64,000 bases of DNA, taken from assembly GCF_009914755.1 (NCBI RefSeq), contig NC_060932.1; one strand, given 5' to 3'. Source of the stretch: the human T2T-CHM13v2.0 reference genome, Homo sapiens. This document shows, one piece after another, positions 19,334 through 33,545 of the stretch (the stretch's first letter is position 1; every line of letters begins with the position of its first letter). The notes below the pieces were generated by a model that saw nothing but the letters and a program-made list of their open reading frames with translations, was not told the origin of the DNA and did not search any database. The position numbers and the translations under genes were made by a program.

Positions 19334-19606
19334 TTTTTTTTTTTTTTTTTGAGGCGGAGTTTTGCTCTTGTCACTCAGGCTACAGTGCAGTGGCGGCATC
19401 TTGGCTCACTGCAACCTCTGCCTCCTGGGTTCAAGTGATTCTCTGCCTCAGCCTCCCGAGTAGCTGGGATTACAGGCACCCACCACCATGCCCGGCTAAT
19501 TTTTGTATTTTTAGTAGAGATGGGGTTTCACCATGTTGGTCAGGCTGGTCTTGAACTCCTGACCTTGTGATACACCCGCCTCGGCCTCCTAAAGTGCTGG
19601 GATTAT
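19334..19606 (-). mobile_element. Alu, 5'-truncated
   Basis: TSD atgaggatttttt on both sides. Confidence 0.9.
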
Positions 19607-20119
19607 GAGGATTTTTTAAATAGTAAGGCTACATAAGCAATCACGTGGACACCCAGTGTCACCTGGGACATGTGGGTACCACAGGTCAATGTCAACAGCC
19701 TCTGAGGCTTCTCCATCTCTGGTGGGTTTGTTTGTTTCCCTCTCTATGCTGACTCTATTTGCTTCTGTTTTCTGCAGACCAGCTTTCTGAGCTTATCACT
19801 GTGCACATGCCCAGAAATTCTTTCTTGCAAATATGTGTAAATTAATAGATCAAGCACTCTGTCACGTGACTTAGTTACAGTGACCTGTTCCCACAATTCC
19901 AGGTAAGAAGTCCAGTAGGCTGGGACCAGAGGGAAGGAGGTCATGCGGTAAATATAGTGGCTCCTTCCAAAGGCTCCAGTGTCTTATGTGTCTAAGAAGG
20001 GGGCATAATGGTGGTGGTGATGGGGAGGAGGTGGGGAGTGTGGGAATAATTGGCAACTCCAGGATAATCATGGTGCTGATGTTCAAGGGAGATTAAAGGT
20101 GTCTTACTTTGAGTGCCAA

Positions 20120-20399
20120 TTATTTATTTTTATTTTTTTAAGACATGGTCTCGCTTTGTCACTCAGGCTGGAGTGCAGTGGTGCGATCACGGCTCACTGC
20201 AGCCTCAACCTCCTGGCTCAAGCGATCCTCCCACCTTACCCACCTAAGTGTGCCACCATGCCAGGCTTTTAAAAATTTTTTGTGGAGACAGGGTCTTCCT
20301 GTGTTGCCCAGGCTGGTCAAACTCCTGGACTCAAGTGCTTCTCCCACATCAGCCTCCCAAAGTGCTAGGATTACAGGTGTGAGCCCACCACACAAGCCC
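20120..20399 (-). mobile_element. AluJ
   Basis: Reverse AluJ; TSD ccaattatttattt. Confidence 0.88.
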
Positions 20400-20404
20400 A
20401 ATTA

Positions 20405-21150
<746 letters not shown>

Positions 21151-21756
21151 TGATCATGTACACATTGCTGCTAACTATTTTTACCGTCACTGGCTTATAC
21201 TAGGTATAATGAATTATCTTCCATCATGTGTAACTGAATTGATGGTCACTCATGAGTACTTATGAATACTGTTATGCTTTTTTTATCTGGTGACTTCTTT
21301 TTATGTGGTAACTTTCATGGTGTGAGGGCAGGGCCATGTTTTATACATTTTGTGTACATAATAGAACCTTAAATATATTTCTATAGATGCTCAACTATTT
21401 GCTGATTGAATGAATGAATAAACAAATGAATGGTGTGTGCCTCCCTCTTTTTTGGGAACAAGCTCTATTTACAAGTGAGGCCCCCAACTGTGATGTTTGG
21501 ACCAGGATGACCTGCTGCTTGGCCAAAGCTGATTGATTAAAGGGGTGGACACACGACCCAAGCTGGGCCAATAATGTCTCTCTTACGGGAGTTTAAAATT
21601 TGGAGCTGAAAGGACAGTGGATGCTGCTGATGCTCGGTCCTTGTGATTGTGCTCCAGACAGAAGACCCACAGGCTCCTGCTGCTGGGTACCAAAGGTTCA
21701 ATGCGTCCTGCTTTTCCTAATTTTTGGATGTGGATAAATATCTACACACATGGAGG

Positions 21757-22089
<333 letters not shown>

Positions 22090-22239
22090 CTATTTTGGAT
22101 TCAGTTTCAAAATACAAAGTAGAGATAATAAGTGCTGTAAAATGTCAAAATATGGAGAGATCAGTGAAGACTCACTTCATTGTGCATACTGTTGCCTTGG
22201 CTTCCTTCTTGGGGACAGCTGCTGTGAATGTGACCATAT

Positions 22240-22580
22240 TTTCCAAGCCAGGATTTCAGTGTTAAGGGATGGGCCAGGAGAGGAGTTATGGGGATTTGGG
22301 AACGAGAATGGGATGTAGGTGTGAAACTGTAGAGGATCAGTGGTAGAGATCCTACAAATAAAGCCTTTAAGTCTTGGAAACTGTTGAATGTGAAGGTAAA
22401 GAGAGAAGTCAAAGATGATGCCAGGTTTTGAGTTTCTGGGTTAGGAAAGATAAAGGTAACTATTTTAAACAAGGACATTTGAGGAGTGCAAAGTGGGAAG
22501 GGGTAAAGATGAGTTCAGTTTGGGATATATTAAATTTAAGGCCCTGGTGAGATAGCCAGATGAGCACACGAGTTAGGAAG
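22240..22580 (-). mobile_element. L2 fragment
   Basis: gagaagtcaaagatgatgccaggtttt; gatgagttcagtttgggatatattaaattt. Confidence 0.7.
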
Positions 22581-22770
22581 ATTTGCAGTCCCGTGTCCTT
22601 TGCTCCATGCTCTGTGGTGTTGGACACCTTATTTAGCTTCTTGAAGTCTCAGCTCCCTATCTGGCAGCCGATACTTCCCTGTAAGGATTAAAGTGAGACA
22701 GTGAATAAAAGGGTTTAGCTTATTGCCTGGCAATTAAGTATCAGAAAGTATATATTAATAGGGTGATGAA

Positions 22771-23398
<628 letters not shown>

Positions 23399-23698
23399 AG
23401 GATGATGATGATGATGTGAGGGTGTCCAGAGTGCTACTGGGCAGCAGGGCCCCAAGCTCTGCTGTAAAGGACCAGCTTGCAGGTGGAGATGATGCAGGGA
23501 AATTGGTTGAAATTAGCAAGAAGAGAGTGTGAGAAGGAAAAAAGAAAGTAGCCCCAGTCATATCATTGGCAGAGAACACAAGGTAGGAGAAGGAACAGGA
23601 GCTAGAGGAGACTGAGACAGGGGAGCAGGAGAGTGCAGACTCACAAGATCAAAGCGGAGGGGGGCTCAGCAGCAGGTGAATATCCCTGTTCTTCCTAA

Positions 23699-24010
<312 letters not shown>

Positions 24011-24899
24011 AGCTTCATCATCTTTAAAAGCAAGTAAGTCAAAGTTAAGGGCAGCAATGTGTTAAGTTACTCCAACGTAAAAGACTGAGTCGAACAGGTA
24101 GCAGGTAACTGCACGTCCTCTCTCGCCAGTGTGGAGATGAACCAAGGCCTGGTAGTTCTTCCCTGTCTTCTGTGGTGTCTCCTCCCACACTGCCAAGCCC
24201 CTGCCTGCTGTGGCCGCGTACCTTTGGAGGAGAGCCAAGTAGAGGAACTGTTAAAAAAAAAAAAAAAATTATGATACCCAGGCAACACTCACTCCATTTT
24301 CATTTCCTGCAATACTTCTGATTTTTAAACTTTGCCTCCTCCTGTCTTGACTTCAACAAATTGGTAACAGTAAGGGTTGCATATGTACACATATGATGGC
24401 GGTAAGACTTGGAAAGCATTTGTTTATAATAATCAAGAGGAAAGGAGAAGAAAAGTGAATAGGAGACGGGAGAGCAAGAGAAAGAGGATAGGAAAAGGAG
24501 GATCCGAGTCGGGACTAGTTTGGGGGTGGAGAGATGAAGAGTGTGCTCTAGGAAACAGGTTGCTATGGGTTTTTAAAGGTTTGTTTTGCAAACGTTATCC
24601 TTAGCCCAAGCTGTCCCCCGTGGGCATCAGTCTTCAGCATTTTCTCAGCCTCCTTGCTGGAGCACTGGGCCTGGGCTCCAGCAGAAAGGGCGAGTGGATA
24701 AGGTCGGCAGCTGCGAGCCTGTCTCTGGGGTGCAGTTCTTCTTAAGGCAGCCGACCACCCAAGCGCAGGGCCAGGAGCCAGCTCTACCCGGCTTCTCCAG
24801 GTCCTGTGTGTTTGGGGTTCCCTGGCGAGGAAACCCTGGAGTAGAAGCCCTGTGTTCTGGGTATTAAAAACATTAAAAAAAATACGTTAAGACAAATTT

Positions 24900-25690
24900 G
24901 ATCGTAGCTCATACTGCAGTTACAGGTTTTAAAAGCTGGTTTCTAAGTTAAGCAGGTGACCAGGTAGGGTGCTTGCTCCCACCCCCATCCCCTGTTCCAT
25001 TATCCAAGGGGTCTTATCCTGACTTCTCAAGTGTGGAAACACACAGTCACGTGTTCCTTGGGACTGTGGAAAACGTGCACTTTGGGGCTCACAGGGGCTG
25101 GCTTTTCAGCATTGACACGGTGTTCTTCTTTCCTGTCTTGTTTTGGTGATCATCCCACACGACTAGATTAACCTGTTGTTTTTGCAAAGCCCCAGGATTT
25201 TCCTAAGCGTCCAAGCCGCCCGGCCTTGTCTTTGTTATGAAATAGTCAAAGGGCTTCAAAACTGCAGGCAGTTGCCGCGCACGGCGCCCGTCCTTGGAGG
25301 CCTTTTCTCTGAGAATGGAGTTTTAGATTCAGGGATTTATGACTTGACTTTCCCGGGGCCGGCGCCCCTGCGGAAGCGGCGGTGGCTCGGGAGTCAGACC
25401 CGGTTCCCACGCCGCCGGGAGCATCCTCCCCGCCATCTGCGGTCGGGTCTTCTCGACAGGGCCCGGCGGCCTTTGCAGGACGCGAGTTGGGGGGCTCCGA
25501 AGGCGGCCGGCGCGCCCCCCCGCGCCTCCCACAATCCCCGGCGCCCGGCCCCGCGCCCCTGACCCGGGTGTCACCGCGGAGCTGCGGGAGGCCTCGGCGG
25601 TCTTCGGACGCGGTCGGGAAAGTGGCGAGCGCGCGCCCGCGTCCGCGCCCCCGCTCGCGAACGCCGGCTTCGGCCATTTCCGGCGCGGCG
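24900..25690 (-). ncRNA. EXTL3-AS1: Probable 5' end of divergent antisense lncRNA (EXTL3-AS1); extent and exons not resolvable
   Basis: Recalled annotation of a head-to-head antisense RNA at this locus, plus a minus-strand ETS/YY1 motif at 25671-25685; left boundary arbitrary. Confidence 0.45.
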
Positions 25691-25704
25691 CCCTTCGGCA
25701 AGTT

Positions 25705-25863
25705 CCGCAGTCGCCTGTCGGAAATGGCTGCCGGCCGGCAGGGGGAGCGGCGGATCAGGCGCGGCCTGGAAGGCGGGCGGCCGGCAGCCAGAACGGCTTC
25801 TGGGACGCCGACTTTCGCGCAGGCGGCGGCGGCGGCGGCGGCGGGTCCCTGAGCTGGAAGCCG
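25705..25863 (+). other. EXTL3: EXTL3 non-coding exon 1 (5' UTR; start approximate)
   Basis: Core of CpG island; donor CCG|gtagga at 25864; agrees with my recollection of the mRNA leader; TSS cannot be read from sequence. Confidence 0.75.
25822..25844 (+). repeat. (GGC)7 trinucleotide repeat in 5' UTR exon 1
   Basis: a-ggcggcggcggcggcggcggc-gg read directly. Confidence 0.95.
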
Positions 25864-28854
25864 GTAGGACTGCTGGCCGCGCGTGAGCCCGAGGAGCGGG
25901 GGCCGCGCCCGGAAGGGCTCATGGGAGGGTGCCGGGGCTGGCCCCGAGCGCTGGGGACGCGGCGGGAGGGACCGGGTCCGCCGTGCCCCGGGGAGGCTGC
26001 TGCTGCCCGGCGGCGGGAGGCATGCAGCCTCCGAGCGGAGTAGGCCTGCCCGGTGGCTCGGGGGCCCGGGGAGAGGCCGCCAGGCCCTCGGCCGGCAGCC
26101 GGGAGGGCTAACGGGTCCCTGGGCTGGGGCACCCCCTCCCCGCCCCCACACGCCCTCTCTCGTCCCAGTTTGGGCTGCTCGGGACCCGCCTCCACCTTTT
26201 TTTGGACGCTCGGCTGCAGCTGTTGGGCTTCCTCTGCTCCCTGAAGCCCTCCACCCTCTGTGACCCGCGGCGTTTCTCTGGCTGCTGGCCCGGAGCATCT
26301 TCTGTCGGCGGAGGCGCAGCTCCGGACTACCCCCACCCCTTCCCGAGCACACCTTCCCACATCTGCCCCCCGCTTCTACACGCAGTCGCCTGCTGCCCTC
26401 CCCGCTGGCTCTTTTTGCCGGGCTCGCCTCCTTTCAGGAGCCACAGTCAGAGGAGCCGCTTCCTGTCCGAGGGTCCAGGTGCTGCAGGACCCTGGCTCCC
26501 AGGCCCAGCTCCCCTAGAGCCGGCCTCGCGCTGCACGGGCTGGACCGGACAGGGGTGCGCGGGGCGTGTGTGCGCGGCGGAGCTCCGAGCCCAGCGACGG
26601 GGACAGCACCTATTCCGAGCCCCTCGGAGGCGAGCCAGGGCTGCCCGGCTGCTGATGGGTGCTGCTTTCTCTTCCCCACATTGAGCGAGAGCTTCGGCTC
26701 CTTTTATTAATAAAATCTGTTTGGCTCTCAGAAGACTTAAATTTTGTGGATTTTGCCCCTCCCCCGCCACCCGCACCACCCCACCCCCGCCCTTCCCCGC
26801 AACCTGGATTTTTCTTCCCTTTTTAAAAACTCTAAAAGCTTCATCAAGTCCTCTTGGTTCGACTCCTTTGGTGGAGGAGGAAGCGCAGAACACCACAACA
26901 TGTCCATTATTTCCCCCATATGTGATTTACTTAAGAGTCGTCTTTAGCATTTCTTGTCACTTTGTCCTATTCTTTGTCCAATTTAGGTAGCTTCATTTTT
27001 ACTGGCAGAGCTCCCCGTGCTTTCTTTTGTTTTTAAAGGCTTTGTGTGTTGCAGCCATGCAGACTCTGCAGTTTTCTGTATTTTGTTCGGCAGTGAGTCC
27101 TGCATTCTGATACAGTGACTATCGCTGTGACCTGTGTGCTGGGATAGTAACTGCGGGGCACAGAGTCTGGAGCGAAGCGAAGCCTTCTCAGCGACTTGCT
27201 ATTTAGCAGAGGGACTTTGAAATATTTTGTGATGAAAGAAAAACCGTTTTCTTAAACTGTTATTTGATGTGTTAAAAATACCTTATCCTGTGGGAATTTC
27301 CCATTCGTTTGCTTGTGGGGAGCCGGAGGAATCATAAGAACTCACGAGCAAGAGAGAATCGAGCCTAAGTGCTTTCTGGAAGAGTCAGAATTGTGGCTCT
27401 TCAGACTTCCGGAAACGTGCTTAATGTCCAGAGATGTGAGGGGCATACCTACCTAAAAAATGATTGACAGGCGTATGTCTGTATCCCTCCACTTCTCGCT
27501 TTTCTAGTGGGGGAAAACCCTGTTAATACTTGGTGTGTAGTTGGGATCTTTCAGTGATTAGGCCTCAAGAGTTTTGACCTCGGAGTAAAAAGATTTTAAG
27601 GGAACAGTTTGGAGAGAAGTAAGTCGGGCCAGGCCGAGCATGGGAAATGTATTTCTAGGAGAGAGGGCAAGTCCAGAGGGTGGTTTGAAGCCAGCAGAAG
27701 ACTAGAGAGAGACCTGTTCTTTTCCGCAGGGCCCTAGGCCAGCTGTGGATTGGAGGGTTATGGGTGATGAGGGGCTGCAGGAGTGATGCGGAGTCCTTGT
27801 CTCAGTTGAGACTGGTGGTCTTCTGGAGGAGGGTGGGAGGGATTCCCTGATGTAGACTCAGGTGTTAGGAGAAAAATGAAGTCCCATCAGACCTACTCTT
27901 GGTAAAGGTTCGAGCGCCTTTGTATGTTACTCTAGAGTGAGGCGAGGAATATGAAACCAGGACGTTTCATAACGTCCTAAAACTGCCTACTCCATTCGCT
28001 GGTTATTAAGTTTAGCTCAGAAAACTTCTATTAACATATTTCTATTTTATTTTTGTTACCCCTTCATTTCGGCAACTATCATTTCGAAGACTTTCAATGA
28101 TAGGGCAGCTGACTGAGAGGGAAGAAAGGATTTTTCACGTTTGGAGGTTTCATGGAAATAGCATAGCCCAGGCAGAGAGAGTTTGTGAGCTCAAGAGGGA
28201 CAGAGGTGGGCTCACCTGTAAGCTTCATCTTTTCTTTTCTTGCCTGAACCAGTTGCACAGTCCTTTTAAATTTTCAGTCATTCAGACCTCTTGGGTGATG
28301 TTACTAGGGAGAAGAGAAGCAGGATTTAAAAAACCTGTGATCTTGAAAATAGAAGAGGATTGGGGAGACTCATTACTAACATACTTCCCTCTCCCACAGT
28401 TAGGCCATAAAGTGCAGTGTAGGATACTACTCACATGCACCCAAATGACCCATCAAAAGTCTAGAAGTGGAGCCATAGGAAGATGAACTGTAGAATCTGT
28501 TGGAGAGTGAAAGCATCATATACATAATATATAAGAATGCCTACTATACGCAGCCATACAAACGGAATCCATAACTGAATGAGCAAAGCTGTATTCCAGT
28601 GAAACTTTATCTACAAAAGCAGGCAGCTGCCGCTTGCGGGTGCCTGCCTTAGAGTGCCACCCCTCACACACATGCCTTTCCTTTGGTATATTCCTTCATT
28701 TGGCTGTGTCCAATACCTTTTGGACTGGTCAATAATATTAATGGTTAACGTCCTGGATGTTTGCTTTTTTGACCATTTTCCCTTTAAAGTCTCTTTTCCA
28801 ACTTGCTTTTAAATGTTTTTTCAGCAATTTTGACCTACTCTTTCCAGCATGGCT

Positions 28855-29156
28855 TCTTTTCTTTTTCTTTTTTTTTTCAATTTTTCTATTGAGACGGCGT
28901 CTCGCTCTTTTCGCCCAGGCTAGAGTGCAATGGCATGATCTCAGGTGACTGCAAACTTCCGCCTCCCAGGTTCAAGTAATTCTCCTGCCTCAACCTCCCA
29001 AGTAGCTGGCATTACAGGTGTGTGCCACCACACCCGGCTAATTTTGTATTTTCAGTAGAGACTGGGTTTCACCAAGTTGGCCAGGCTGGTCTTGAACTTC
29101 CACCCACCTCAGCCTCCCAAAGTGCTGGGATATAGGCGTGAGCCGCCGCATCCGGC
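28855..29156 (-). mobile_element. AluS (intron 1)
   Basis: Reverse Alu consensus. Confidence 0.9.
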
Positions 29157-29639
29157 TTCCTTTGTTTCTGAAGTAGAGCTGTAAAATATAAAAGCACAGT
29201 GGCTTCGAATGGAGAAAATAGTTGATGGGATCCCAAATTATTAATGGAGTCTGTGGAAAATTAAGGGGGGCCTTAAAGCCTTATGCCTGAAATCTTGGAG
29301 GTGAAACGAGAAGGAGGTCTTGGGAATGGCCTTGCTGCCTTGAGTAGGTAGGGTGGTGAAATTTTCCCCACAGCAAAACATGTTTTTGTGCTTCCTGGGA
29401 GCAAGGCAATTGTCAGTGAGGGCCTAGAGTCTAAAAGGATCTTTGAGGTCATCCGGTCTAACCCCTTAATTTACGAGTTAACAAAGGACAAGGAGCTTAT
29501 GAGTCAAGAACGAGGAATTGGGAAGTTAGGGGACCTGATGAATCAGAAATATGGTAATGATGATGGGATGGTAAAGCGTCTCAAGCTGAATTCACCCACA
29601 AAGGGTGAAGGAGAATGCCCGAGTCATAAGCTGATTTAA

Positions 29640-29777
29640 GGCTGGGCACGGTGGCTCACACCTGTAATCCCAGCACTTTGGGAGGCGGAGGTGAGAGGAT
29701 CACCTTGAGTCCAGGAGTTCAAGACCAGCTTGAGCAACATTATAGTAAGACCCTGTCTCTTAAAAAAAAAAAAAAAG
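29640..29777 (+). mobile_element. FLAM/Alu monomer
   Basis: TSD ctgattta; poly-A. Confidence 0.85.
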
Positions 29778-30099
29778 GAAAAACCTGATTTATGTATGGC
29801 TTAGCAAACTTGCTTCACTTTCTCTATCTCATTCAGGGAGGCCCAGGGCACTAACGATATCAATTGTATGCCTCCACAGCATAAAATAAAAATCATGTAT
29901 GTTTGAGAAGCGAAAACCGTTAGATTAGTTTATATTCTAGGCACTTGCATACTAAGTTGACTGTTCTGAGAATAAGTTAGCAAAATCCATCTGAAGACCT
30001 TATTTGAAAACCTTGTTTCTACATCGCTACCCAGCCCTTATGAAAATGACGCATCTCATTTTAGGAGGGAGAGTGAGAAAGATAGGAAGAATGCAGAAA

Positions 30100-31315
30100 T
30101 CACCTATAATTTCACAATCTAGAAGTGCCTCTGTTGGTGTTTTTGCTTCTGTTTGTTTTTCTATTCAGAAATATATACATATGCATTTTAAACATGTTAT
30201 ACTGCATATATGGCTTTGAATCTGTATTTTTCCAGCTAACATTGTGAACATGTTTTCATTTTATTTAAAACCATTGAAAAGCTTCCTAATGGTATCATAG
30301 TCATATCAGTGACAGTCACACTTTGTTTAACCTTGCTCCTAGTCTTGGACATTTAATTTATATATTTTATACAGATGATAAAGAATAATGAGGTGATTGC
30401 ATCTTTACATACAAATCTTGCTCACCTAAAATATATTCCTAGAAAGTGAAATTGCTGAATCAGAGATAAGAAAATTTTGAAGGTTTTTTTCTTACAAATG
30501 GCAAATTACTTTTCAGTTTACCTTTCTACTAACACAAGAGTACCTGCCACATTGTAGCAGCCAGCATAGTTCAGAGTTGTACTGTACTTTAATCACTATT
30601 TTAATGTTTTAGTATGAGCATTTTGGAAGTTAAATCTTTTTTCTCACTCATGATTCTTTAAGAATAATTTCTCGGATAGAATTACAGGGAAAGAGGATAG
30701 ACACAGTTTCAGTGTTTTTATTACTGCCAAATTGTGCTCCAGAAAGGTGTGCCAATTTGCAATCCCAGCAGCCAAGTGTGGGAATGTTTACCCTGGATCC
30801 TGCTTAGCACCAGATATTATAATTTTACAATACTTTGATGATTTATTAGTGGAAAATATCACAGTATCTTGTTTGAAATGTGTATTTCTTTGATCGCTAG
30901 GAAGGTTAAACATATAAACATGTTTATCACTTGAACCCTTTTTTTGTGTAACTTCTTATTTATGTCCGTTGACCACTGTTGATTGCTTTCTTTTAATTCT
31001 GTCATATTGAGCAGGCTTCCCCATTTTTAATCAAATTTAAGCTTTTTTTTTTTCCTTCTGAATACATAGAATCATTTGATTCTTATATAGTCAAACCTGT
31101 TGAACATTTCTGGATTTTACTTTTGCTTGGATTCCTGGAAAAGTGGCTGTACTTGAGATGAGATTACATGTATATTTTCCTTTTCTTGTTACGGTTCATT
31201 TATTATAATTAACTCTTGAATCCACCTGGAACTTATTTTTGGATTTGGTTTGTCATGCAGTAATCTGACTTTATTTTTTTTCCCAAATAGATGTGTCACA
31301 TTATTTATTGAAAAA
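30100..31315 (-). mobile_element. Highly diverged L1ME-like fragments
   Basis: cctagaaagtgaaattgctgaatcag, tgccaaattgtgctccagaaagg, atccacctggaacttatttt. Confidence 0.55.
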
Positions 31316-33279
31316 TGTAATGAGGTGTTCTTTAAAAAGATTGCAACAAGGTAATATTTTTAATTACAAAAGTAATACATAATGATTGTAAAATGAATTA
31401 AGACAAAATGAATCCTCTAAGTAAACAAATGGTAGATAAGCAAGAAGCAGTATACAGGGCTGTAGGTCATACGGACCTGGATTTGTAACTTGGTTGCTGT
31501 ATTGCCTTGAACAAGTTTCCTATCCTTGGTGATACACCACTGCTTCATCGGTGAAGTGGAAATGACAGTACTCCCATGTGGCTGATGAAATGTATGTGTG
31601 AAGTGTGTTATCTAGAGTACTGTGCCTAGCACACTGTAAATATAAATCAGTAGCAATTATGAAAAAGCCCTCTCCTCCCCATCTTCCAAGGGTATGTGGT
31701 GCATTGAAGTGCGGACTTTCTGCGTTAGCTAAGGGATAGTGCTGTTTGTCTTCCTTAGCTGTCTATGTTGATTGAGCTGCCATCAATCTGAATCTCCATT
31801 ACTATCAATTCTTCATTAGACCAATAGTTTTGGAGTTAGGGTTGTGTGCTCTGCATTAAAATCACCTGGGAACTTTGTCAAACTGCAGGAGTTTTCCCCC
31901 ACACCTAGGAATTCTGATTTAGTTAATGTAGCACGGTCCCGGTTTGTTATTTGAAAAAATTCTTAAGTGGTGAATCTGATTTTTACACATAATTAAACTG
32001 ACTGGTAAAACAATACGATTTGGATTTGTGGGACATTAGCGAACTGGTGGGAAGGGAAGCAGATAAGGCAATGGCATAATTTTCAAATTGAGGACTTATC
32101 CTGGGAGTTGAGACTTCTGGGCCCAGGTTTGTTGCCAAGTAAACAGATAACTTGGAGTAATCAATAGCCTCATTTTCCTTGTTAATATCTATATATTCAG
32201 CAGCGGAAGGAATGCTCACCACTTATTGATGAGTTCCTTTTGTATTTTGTGATTTGTCTGCTAGTGGCATTTGTGGAACACCTTGGGATTTAGAAACCTA
32301 CTCTTAAGCCCAAAGAATAAATTGTTTTCCCTTTCAAACAGCCCTGTAATAAGGGCGGCTCAAACTCTGGTTCTCTGGTTGCATCATAATCTTCACTCTT
32401 CAGTCAGTAGGTCAAGGCACAACCAGTTTTTCACACTTCGTTTTGCTTTTTAATTGCTGAGGATGTTCTGTTTCCCTTTTTTCATCCAGGCTAGGTTACA
32501 CAGTAAGAAACCACTGTGGTCGTTGGATTGTGAAAAACATAGGGCCTTGGTCTCCTGTAACTTGGGAAGTGTCTACATGTAGTTCTTAGAGCTTACTCTT
32601 TATCTACAATTAGTTTCCCTGGGAAGTGCCTTTTTTTTTTTTTTTTTTTTAAACAGAAGACAAATCAGTGATAGTGTTGGGAAATGTGTTTTAGTGCTTA
32701 TTAACATACTTCCTGACTTCACGAACTAGGTACTGTCTTGCCTTGACAGGCTGTTTGTCATGCCTGTAGTTAGGAAATCAGGAAATGATGTTTTTTTGGG
32801 TTGTTAGTACTTAAAAACAAAACAATCCTCTGAAATACTGCTTTCAGTGACCTCACTGAAATGGTTTCCTGTGGAGAACTCTCTTTACCTAATTGGAAGG
32901 GCTCCTGGTGATGGCAGCAATGACAGCAGCATGCAGACAGCTCTGTAGAACCCGCACCTGGGTTGTCATGGAGTTCTGCCACTTGATGGGCCTATTTTGA
33001 CCTAAATGAAAAAGAGAAAATAGTACTACAAGCACAGATATACAGGTGGGCCATAGGCACAGTGGCAAACATCTTTTGTTCTGAGTCTGCTATTCTCTTT
33101 AGCAGGTAAATACTTTGAATATAGTGTTGGTTTTGGGTTTTAGAGGAATATTATGTGTGTCAATTGTAATTATTATTCATGGTTACAGCGGAGTAGCAGT
33201 GATATGGAGAATGTAAAAATGATACACATGATAGGCATGTGTGTGTGTGCCTGCTCGCACTCTTACTTGAATTAATATA

Positions 33280-33545
33280 GACAGTGTAACATAATAAAGG
33301 CATTAAAGGTATGAGCTTTACAGCCAGCTTGCTTTGGTTTGAATTCAAGTTTTACCACATAACGTGGGTGACCCATGGCTCATTAGCCTCTGTGCTTTGG
33401 TTTCCTCGTGTACAGAACAGGAATAACAGTAAACCCACTTCACGGGATTGCTGTGAGGATTAAGTGAGTGTGTTGAGGAATATATGGTAATAGGTTTAAC
33501 CCGGCATACAGTAAGCATTCAATACCTGTTAGCTATTATCATAAT
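33280..33545 (+). mobile_element. MIR
   Basis: ggtttcctcgtgtacagaacaggaataacagtaaacccacttcacgggattgctgtgaggattaagtgag...tagctattat. Confidence 0.8.

Larger units (their letters stand above)
25200..26680. promoter_or_regulatory. CpG island / TATA-less, probably bidirectional promoter of EXTL3
   Basis: Very high GC and CpG density versus CpG-depleted flanks; GC-rich boxes; ETS-like CGGAAG (25370) and CGGAAA motifs; YY1-like AAATGGC on both strands. Confidence 0.93.

Noticed and set aside
25176-26990. Long overlapping ORFs on both strands (up to 368 aa) in the CpG island
   Set aside because: Stop-codon scarcity in GC-rich DNA; low-complexity Arg/Gly/Pro/Ala content; mostly non-ATG starts
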